Below, piece by piece: positions 57,745-64,000 of a stretch of 64,000 bases of DNA. Numbering within the stretch: position 1 is the first letter of the stretch; every line of letters begins with the position of its first letter. The position numbers and the translations under genes were made by a program. Source of the DNA: Candidatus Niyogibacteria bacterium (GTDB lineage: Bacteria; Patescibacteriota; Minisyncoccia; HO2-45-28). Where the stretch lies: NCBI GenBank assembly GCA_016432485.1, contig CP066691.1:153294-217293 (forward strand), written 5' to 3'. The notes beneath the pieces were generated by a model, which had not been told where the DNA came from, did no database searches, and saw only the letters and a program-made list of their open reading frames with translations.

Positions 57745-58377
57745 TCATTTATTAAATCCAGAAACCGCGGAAACTATATCAGACGGCTCTTTTACATGGA
57801 TTTTATGCGGCCGTTCTCTATGGTAACCCCAGCCGTATTCAACTAAAATGACATTTTTAATTCCTGCCTCATCTGCTATATCAGCATCTATGTCTCTGTC
57901 TCCAATATAAATAACCCCCTCCTTGCCCAGCCCAAGATCTAATAATACGTTAATTATAGCTTCGCTTTTCTGGAAAGGTATTCCCACATTTTTTCCTATA
58001 ATTTTTTTAAAATAATGGGTTAACTTATATTTATCAAATTTCTGTTTAACTTCCTCTATTAAATTATTCGTGGCTAAAATCAAAATGTATTTGGAGCTAA
58101 GTTTTTCTAAAACTTCCGGTACTCCTTCATATAATTTTGGCTCTTTTTTCAAAATCAATTCAGCAAACATTATTCTCGCTCTTTCTATATCTTTTTCAGA
58201 AAACCCCAAATTTTTATAAGTCTCTTTTGCGCTATAACCATATATTTTTTTGAAATCTTCTAAAGAATCGGGGCAAACTGCCCCAACTTCTCTACAAATC
58301 TCCTGGTATATTTCATGTACCGTTCCGAACGAATCCACTATCACGCCGTCATAGTCAAAAATTATAGCTTTTATCAT
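57745..58377 (-). CDS. HAD-family hydrolase
   Basis: IFDYDGVIVDS, ATN, K, IGDRDID. Confidence 0.9.
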   Translation of the reverse strand: MIKAIIFDYDGVIVDSFGTVHEIYQEICREVGAVCPDSLEDFKKIYGYSAKETYKNLGFSEKDIERARIMFAELILKKEPKLYEGVPEVLEKLSSKYILILATNNLIEEVKQKFDKYKLTHYFKKIIGKNVGIPFQKSEAIINVLLDLGLGKEGVIYIGDRDIDADIADEAGIKNVILVEYGWGYHRERPHKIHVKEPSDIVSAVSGFNK

Positions 58378-58380
58378 TTA

Positions 58381-58830
58381 TTAAAAACTTTTATATTTAT
58401 CCGTATTTAATAGTCGTTTGATTTCTTTACTGATTTCTGAAATATCGTCTTCGTTCAAAGGCGGCAGGGCGGGCTGTACCAAAAATTCTTCTTTAGTTGC
58501 CGGAAAATTTAACGGAGCGCCGTATTTTTGTATCGGAGCATTTTTTGCTCTTCCATAGAGATGTATGTGCAACAGGTGAGTCCAGTTTCCATTGTCTTGA
58601 TAGTTAATTCTCCCTATTTCAATACCTCTGGAGGAAAGCGCGGTTTTCATTGCTTCTCCTGCAACCATAGTCAATTTCATTAATTCCACAGCATGTTCGG
58701 GGGAAAGCTTGGTTCTATCCTCAACTTCTGTCTTGGGAATGATAATTATATGTCCGCCGTCAGCGCGGGAAATATGCGGACGCTCCGGAACAATTATATT
58801 AAAGCTTTTAGACTCAAAAACTAACGGCAT
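58381..58830 (-). CDS. HIT-family protein
   Basis: DGGHIII, NYQDNGN, LHIHLYGR. Confidence 0.8.
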   Translation of the reverse strand: MPLVFESKSFNIIVPERPHISRADGGHIIIIPKTEVEDRTKLSPEHAVELMKLTMVAGEAMKTALSSRGIEIGRINYQDNGNWTHLLHIHLYGRAKNAPIQKYGAPLNFPATKEEFLVQPALPPLNEDDISEISKEIKRLLNTDKYKSF

Positions 58831-58833
58831 AAC

Positions 58834-58876
58834 AAAAATCCTAGCACAAAATCACGCTTTTTGCGAGCGCGGATTT
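58834..58876 (-). repeat. 43-bp direct repeat, copy 1 (imperfect palindrome, promoter-like)
   Basis: AAAAATCCTAGCACAAAATCACGCTTTTTGCGAGCGCGGATTT; 40/43 identical to 59575-59617. Confidence 0.85.
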
Positions 58877-58896
58877 TTGTCTTTATCCCTTGAGGA

Positions 58897-59325
58897 TTAT
58901 TTTTTCTGTTCTTTCAGCTCAATTTCTTCTTTCGTGAAATCAAACTTTACACCGAAAATATCAAAAAATCCCTTTTGCCCAAGAATACCAAAGCCGTGTT
59001 GTGCGATGTCGTAGGAAAATCCAACTGTCGTTTTATAGCCCCAACCGCCAACATTAATAACAATATTGTGCAGAAACGCCTCAGATCCTCCCTTATCTTG
59101 GATGCCGCCAAAGACCTCCTTGATGCCAGAACGCACATTTATCCCTAAGTACTCTCCAACCTCTCCGTCAAATATACAAAAGTCGGCCCCAGAATCTATA
59201 AGGGCTGCATACTTTAATTCCTTATTCTGAAAAGAAATTTTAATAGGAATTATTGGTTTTAACAAAGAGTGGCCGAAAAAGTCAGATTTTTTCGTAAGAG
59301 GAAATTTATGATATCTAAACTTCAT
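58897..59325 (-). CDS. Retropepsin-like aspartic protease domain protein
   Basis: ALIDSGAD and GILGQKGFF motifs. Confidence 0.85.
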   Translation of the reverse strand: MKFRYHKFPLTKKSDFFGHSLLKPIIPIKISFQNKELKYAALIDSGADFCIFDGEVGEYLGINVRSGIKEVFGGIQDKGGSEAFLHNIVINVGGWGYKTTVGFSYDIAQHGFGILGQKGFFDIFGVKFDFTKEEIELKEQKK

Positions 59326-59522
59326 AAATCCGAACTGCCGACATAAGGAACGATCTTTGTCGGCATACGCATCATAATCGGTTTTTCGTGCCCATTTTCT
59401 TGGGCTTTTTCAAGGGCCTCTTTAAGAGTTTTTCCACTGCCAACAACCGTTTTTTCATCGTCTAACAAGGCCACCCACAGGCCCTTGTATTTTTCATATA
59501 TTTTAGTCCAATCAATAGTCAT
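59322..59522 (-). CDS. DUF5678-like small protein
   Basis: YEKYKGLWVAL..VVGSG..EALEKA; ATGA overlap with the protease gene. Confidence 0.75.
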   Translation of the reverse strand: MTIDWTKIYEKYKGLWVALLDDEKTVVGSGKTLKEALEKAQENGHEKPIMMRMPTKIVPYVGSSDL

Positions 59523-59574
59523 ATATTTGAATATTATCAAGATCCAACCATAAAAACAAGACAGTCTATTTATT

Positions 59575-59617
59575 AAAAATCCTAGCACAAAATTACGCTT
59601 TTTGCGAGCGGGAATTT
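59575..59617 (-). repeat. 43-bp direct repeat, copy 2
   Basis: Matches 58834-58876. Confidence 0.85.
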
Positions 59618-59630
59618 GGGTAGTAATTTT

Positions 59631-60068
59631 TTAGTCATCCGAGCCGATATCCGATAAGTTGACCATGTACGTTTTTATGAACTTCTCAATTGCGCTGACG
59701 GCCTCGGCTTTATATTTCGGACCGCTTTCGGCCACCCATTTCGCGAAATTATAAAACTCAACGTCGTCAACTTTAATCCATTTGTTATTTTTATAAAGAA
59801 AAGTCATTAATGCAGTCATGGCTATTCTTTTGTTGCCGTTCTTAAACGGATGATTTTTAATCATTAAGTAAAAAAGAATTGAAGCCTTACCAATCAGGCC
59901 TTTGTAAGCGCTTTTTCCGCCGAACGAATGGAATGGCATAGCCAAGCAGCTTTCAAGAACATTCGGGAAGCGGGTGCCAAAATCGGGAATCGGCTCGTTC
60001 CATTTCATCCATTCGCGGGCAAGTTTATGCGCCACGTATTCAACTTCTTGCGCAGTTAGCCCTCTCAT
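59631..60068 (-). CDS. Doc/Fic-family toxin
   Basis: LESCL, KAS.L, NHPFKNGNKR. Confidence 0.9.
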   Translation of the reverse strand: MRGLTAQEVEYVAHKLAREWMKWNEPIPDFGTRFPNVLESCLAMPFHSFGGKSAYKGLIGKASILFYLMIKNHPFKNGNKRIAMTALMTFLYKNNKWIKVDDVEFYNFAKWVAESGPKYKAEAVSAIEKFIKTYMVNLSDIGSDD

Positions 60069-60319
60069 TCTTTTCCAAGCAAACGCAAAGTCTCACCGTA
60101 TTCTTTGACGGTCTTTCTGATGGCTTTATCAATAAGCTCTTTTTTTGAGGCAGTAAGCTCTCCACCGGCCTCAACCGGCAAATCTTTTCGGCCCACGACG
60201 TAATTTTTGCCTATTTTTTTGGCTTTTATCTCGCCGGACATGATTTTCTTCAGTACGGCTTGACGGCTTACACCCAAGGTTTTAGCCACCTCGACGGTGG
60301 AAAAGGTCTTTTTGCCCAT
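60065..60319 (-). CDS. Excisionase-type HTH protein, probable antitoxin
   Basis: FSTVEVAKTLGVSRQAVLKKI..IKAKKIG; C-terminal YGETLRLLGKE; ATGA overlap with doc. Confidence 0.8.
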   Translation of the reverse strand: MGKKTFSTVEVAKTLGVSRQAVLKKIMSGEIKAKKIGKNYVVGRKDLPVEAGGELTASKKELIDKAIRKTVKEYGETLRLLGKE

Positions 60320-60327
60320 ATAAATCA

Positions 60328-60367
60328 ATGATATTTTATGACAACCAAAAAGTCAACGGTTGTCATA
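60328..60367 (-). promoter_or_regulatory. Promoter (TTGACT-17-TATCAT) with an overlapping 10-bp palindromic operator
   Basis: TATGACAACC-N11-GGTTGTCATA at 60337-60367. Confidence 0.75.
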
Positions 60368-60431
60368 ATACAAAAATTTTAACCAAGATGAACATGGTCG
60401 TTCCAAATCTATATAGTTTCCAATTCATAAA

Positions 60432-61691
60432 CTATCTCCTCGGCTTAAAATTGCGGGATGAGCCGCGGCGATTGAAACGCGGAGGGAATTTTTTTTGAGG
60501 CGGTCTGTTCCCTCCAAATTGAGGCTGTCCTCCTGATGGCAAAGTTATTTGTTGGCGGCGTTCTGGAGGCGTCCCGGGCAATTTTGAAATCGGCAGATTC
60601 TTTTTTATCAAAAATTCTATGGCGCCAACCTCTTTTCTCTGGTCAGGCATGGCAAAAGATATAGCGTGTCCTTCGCGGCCCGCGCGGGCGGTGCGCCCGA
60701 TTCTATGCACGTAATCTTCGGCTTGCTCGGGCAGATCGAAATTAAGCACAAGCTCAATACCCTGCACGTCAATGCCGCGAGAGGCAATATCGGTTGCGAC
60801 CAACACCCGATATTTGCCGGATTTAAACCCTTCAAGCGCGTCTCTGCGTTGGCCGAGCGAACGGTTGCCATGAATTTCAGCAACCCGATGCCCCATAATT
60901 TTCACGCGATAAGCCACTTTTTTCGCGCCGTATTTCGTACGGGTAAAAACCAGAGCCGAACCCTTGTATTCATTAAGAATTTTTTCAAGAAGCCAGAGCT
61001 TATCTTCTTTTTTAACTACAAAAATTTCTTGAGCAACACTTTGAACCGTTGTCCCCGGAGGCGCGACTTCAATCCGAATCGGAAGGCGCATATAGCTGGA
61101 TGCTATTTTCATAATTTCTTGCGGAAGCGTGGCTGAAAAAAGCATGGTCTGGCGGTTTTTAGGAAGCGAATGCAAAATACGCCTTATCTGCGGCTCAAAT
61201 CCCATATCAAGCATGCGGTCCGCTTCATCAAGAACAAGAATATTTATTTTATCCAGCTTCGCGGTTCTGTGCTCAAGGTGGTCAAGCAGACGGCCCGGCG
61301 TCGCGATAATAATATGAGGATTGCGAGCCAGCATCGCTATCTGCGGTTTTAAAGAAAGTCCGCCTATGAGCACCGCTGTTTTCAATCCGAACGAGCGCCC
61401 GATTTTATTCAGCTCCACGTCCACCTGCAAAGCAAGTTCGCGCGTAGGCAAAAGCACTAGGCCTTGGCCTTTGGAGCGCGCCAGAATCTGAATCATCGGA
61501 ATGCCGAAAGCAAGGGTTTTACCCGTGCCGGTCTGGGCTATACCGACTACATCTTTACCCTCAATCGCAATAGGAATAGCTTGGCGCTGAATGGGCGTCG
61601 GCTCCTGAAATTTGTAGCGCGCGATAATATCCAAAAGCGCGGGCGCTATACCCAAGCCGCCGAATGTTTCAAAAACGGATTTAGGATTCAT
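60432..61691 (-). CDS. DEAD-box RNA helicase (RhlE-like)
   Basis: Q-motif, AQTGTGKT, PTRELA, DEAD, SAT, HRIGRTAR. Confidence 0.95.
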   Translation of the reverse strand: MNPKSVFETFGGLGIAPALLDIIARYKFQEPTPIQRQAIPIAIEGKDVVGIAQTGTGKTLAFGIPMIQILARSKGQGLVLLPTRELALQVDVELNKIGRSFGLKTAVLIGGLSLKPQIAMLARNPHIIIATPGRLLDHLEHRTAKLDKINILVLDEADRMLDMGFEPQIRRILHSLPKNRQTMLFSATLPQEIMKIASSYMRLPIRIEVAPPGTTVQSVAQEIFVVKKEDKLWLLEKILNEYKGSALVFTRTKYGAKKVAYRVKIMGHRVAEIHGNRSLGQRRDALEGFKSGKYRVLVATDIASRGIDVQGIELVLNFDLPEQAEDYVHRIGRTARAGREGHAISFAMPDQRKEVGAIEFLIKKNLPISKLPGTPPERRQQITLPSGGQPQFGGNRPPQKKFPPRFNRRGSSRNFKPRR

Positions 61692-61944
61692 TTATATGCG
61701 CCGGCAGCCAGTCCATCAGCTTTTTTCTATGTTTTTCAATTGACCACTCTTCTTTATTTTTTCCTCCGGAGGCGGACCCGCCTTTAACGGAAAAGAGCGC
61801 AGGATAAATCTCCTGAAATTTTTTGAGCATTGATACAGATACAACCGGAAACCCCTGGGGCAAAGTTTGATTGTAGGCTTTCATAAAAACTTCAATAGTC
61901 GTATGCGCCTGATTCAGTTCCAATTGAACATCTCTTCGTTTCAT
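61681..61944 (-). CDS. Small hypothetical protein
   Basis: 87-aa ORF overlapping the helicase start; carries an in-frame palindrome (KGGSASGG). Confidence 0.65.
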   Translation of the reverse strand: MKRRDVQLELNQAHTTIEVFMKAYNQTLPQGFPVVSVSMLKKFQEIYPALFSVKGGSASGGKNKEEWSIEKHRKKLMDWLPAHINES

Positions 61945-62191
61945 TACAAATTAATGATAGCACGGGTTAATAAAAAAGGCAAACGAGGAATAAAATTATT
62001 TTGATTTTTTCCGATTAGCCAGTATACTTTTATCTAGATTCACTTTAAAAATCGGGGAGCTAAGCGGCATGCGTAGGGCAATGATATTAAATTACGTGCG
62101 GCGGCTTTAATGGATAAATACGCTAAACTATAAGCCGCCCCGCAAGAGCGGTTTTTTTATTTACTGTTTCTGAAGCTTTAATTAAATATAA

Positions 62192-63628
62192 CTACCTTTT
62201 AGACCATTTGTGCTTGGATTTTCTTACGACGAAACGCGGATCGCCAAACTGCGCCAAAATTATATTCGGCAGAGCTTTCGCGCCTATGGAACGGTTTAGT
62301 TTTCTATATTCCATATTCTTGCTGGTAAGCCCCTCAAAAACGCTTTGACGAATCTTGGCCAAAAGTTTCGGAGCCGGCTTTACGCCGCGCGCAAGCTCAA
62401 CTTCTATGAAGAGTTTCTGGTCGCGCCCATTTCTAAAGAGGCGGGTATAGGCTATAAATTTCCCGGTAACAAATTTATAAACATTTTTGCGTTCAAGGCC
62501 GACTTTTATGTTTTCGGGATAAATGTTTAAAGCGTAAAACGTGGTGGCGACATCCGAACGCGCGCCAAGAAAGATGAAGGGCGACTTCCATTTTTCAAAT
62601 CCCAAAGCCCTTGCCCTATCCAGAATATTGGCCTTTTTCAAAATAACGCGCATATCTTCATGGCCGATTATTCGTCCGGTGTCATGGATGTTATAACGCA
62701 TAAGCGGAATGCCTGCGCGCGCGGTAAATAAAAGCTCGCCTTCGGCCATCTCAAAAAATACATGCCTGGGGTCATACTGCACTATGGTCGGAATAAAAGA
62801 ATCCAGACCAAGAGTTTTTGCAAACGATTTATTTTCAAACGCCGTCCTTCTTATCAAAATAGTTGCCGGAGTTTCGTGTCCAATTGCTCCGGCGTCCGCC
62901 GTGCCGTAAATGCTCACCGAACCGCTAAAACCGTTAAAACCGTTTTTAATTCCCGAAATTTGATGAATTATGGCGCGGTATTTTTCGGAAAAATTTTCTC
63001 CGGCAAAAAGCAGATTTAATCTCAAATTTTTTATGTTTACTTTTTGGGCCCTTGCTTCTTCAATAACATCTCTTAAAAAGGGCGGGTATCCGGCAAGAAT
63101 AATCCGGTCAAAAATCGGCGCGAGATCGCGCAAAATGTTAACCGCGTCTTCTTTTTCAATTGAAGGGGTGATTACGGAGATATTATACCCTTGTTTTTCC
63201 AGCCACCGAACTGATGTCATGGTAAAGGAGCCGGCAATCCAAGTGCCCATGGAAAAACAAACAACAACCAAAGTCCGGTCTTCTTTTTTGACGCCGAAAA
63301 TATCCCTAAAAATCCTTTCATGCTGACGACCGCCAACTTTTTCCTGCTCCTCGCCTCTGGGCCAGTAAAACGGTTTGCCCGAAGAGCCGGAACTTGCTGA
63401 AATCATCGGCGGAACTTTACTTTTGGGGAACAAATCAAAAAAATCAAAGGCTCTCAAATAATGAGGTTTGTCAGTCGCGGGCACTTTAACAAAATCAGCG
63501 TATGAATTGACTTTTACCGGATTTACGCCGTGTTTTCGCAAAAACGACCCATAAGCCGGCACTATTCGCGCCGACTCTTTAAAAAGTTTTAGAGCTTCTT
63601 TAAACCCTTCAGGATTCTTTTTGGCCAT
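62192..63628 (-). CDS. Phenylacetate-CoA ligase (PaaK)-like adenylate-forming enzyme
   Basis: SSGSSGKP P-loop, GYPP, AGE, YGTAD, PLMRYNIHD.G. Confidence 0.85.
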   Translation of the reverse strand: MAKKNPEGFKEALKLFKESARIVPAYGSFLRKHGVNPVKVNSYADFVKVPATDKPHYLRAFDFFDLFPKSKVPPMISASSGSSGKPFYWPRGEEQEKVGGRQHERIFRDIFGVKKEDRTLVVVCFSMGTWIAGSFTMTSVRWLEKQGYNISVITPSIEKEDAVNILRDLAPIFDRIILAGYPPFLRDVIEEARAQKVNIKNLRLNLLFAGENFSEKYRAIIHQISGIKNGFNGFSGSVSIYGTADAGAIGHETPATILIRRTAFENKSFAKTLGLDSFIPTIVQYDPRHVFFEMAEGELLFTARAGIPLMRYNIHDTGRIIGHEDMRVILKKANILDRARALGFEKWKSPFIFLGARSDVATTFYALNIYPENIKVGLERKNVYKFVTGKFIAYTRLFRNGRDQKLFIEVELARGVKPAPKLLAKIRQSVFEGLTSKNMEYRKLNRSIGAKALPNIILAQFGDPRFVVRKSKHKWSKR

Positions 63629-63773
63629 TAATTTATTCTATAGCGGAAACACAAAAATCTTGACGACCCAGTGTTTATATTAGATTATACTACGGCAACA
63701 ATATTTTGTCAATAGCGTCAAAACCGCATTTTATGCCTTGTAAAACCGCTATAAAATGTTAAAATAAATAATT

Positions 63774-63846
63774 CCGCCCATAGCTCAATTGGTAGAGCAG
63801 CTCCCTTTTAAGGAGAAGGTTCCAGGTTCGATTCCTGGTGGGCGGA
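63774..63846 (+). tRNA. tRNA-Lys (anticodon TTT), CCA not encoded
   Basis: Acceptor CCGCCCA/TGGGCGG, D-arm GCTC/GAGC, anticodon loop CTTTTAA, T-arm CCAGG-TTCGATT-CCTGG. Confidence 0.95.
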
Positions 63847-63849
63847 CTT

Positions 63850-63888
63850 AAATAAAAACAAACCCAAAACTTGGGTTTGTTTTTATTT
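63850..63888 (+). terminator. Hairpin/terminator after the tRNA
   Basis: AAATAAAAACAAACCCAA-AAC-TTGGGTTTGTTTTTATTT. Confidence 0.7.
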
Positions 63889-63898
63889 ATCTGTTTTT

Positions 63899-64000
63899 CA
63901 CTGGAATCGAACCCGGGAAGGGGGTCGGGGAAACGGGAGTTTCCCCGTAGTGGAAATATTAAAACCGCAAGGTTTTAAGGAGCGCGAAGCGCGACAGGTT
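63899..64000 (+). mobile_element. Multi-hairpin element starting with an antisense copy of the tRNA T-arm (runs off the window end)
   Basis: GGAATCGAACC (63903-63913) is the reverse complement of tRNA 63825-63835; internal scaffold matches the reverse complement of 49077-49120. Confidence 0.65.

Noticed and set aside
1-64000. Alternative genetic code (TGA = Gly) or prophage
   Set aside because: Core genes such as secA and fmt end normally at TGA and are uninterrupted in code 11; no phage structural, terminase or integrase genes were recognised.

Overview
This looks like a 64-kb chromosomal segment of a small-genome Patescibacteria (CPR, Parcubacteria-like) bacterium. That is inferred from gene style, a ThrS without N-terminal domains, an EF-P with an MQQR loop, cohesin/dockerin surface proteins and standard code 11. 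The core backbone is trmD, khpA, frr, a holB-like gene, mreB, murA, dnaE, thrS, miaA, gatB, efp, mutM, secA, hpf, murB, def, fmt, a DEAD-box helicase and tRNA-Lys(TTT). Accessory content includes a polyamine/ArcE-like cluster, a two-component system with cohesin/dockerin genes, glycosylation genes, toxin-antitoxin pairs and many small house-cleaning enzymes. The main unexplained signal is repeated gene acquisition at short anchors, with no integrase in the window. (1) Downstream of secA, five small gene units are separated by six extra copies of the last SecA codons (K-C-H-G-x-stop), most paired with an inverted half-site, as in an integron-like cassette array. (2) A glycoside-hydrolase gene is followed by a hairpin element and a second, orthologous C-terminal tail. 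(3) The same hairpin scaffold follows tRNA-Lys, with ends matching the tRNA T-arm instead. (4) Three more gene blocks are bracketed by 43-85 bp direct repeats of promoters or terminators. Several real ORFs missing from the ORF track were read by hand. All family assignments come from motif recognition; no database searches were run.
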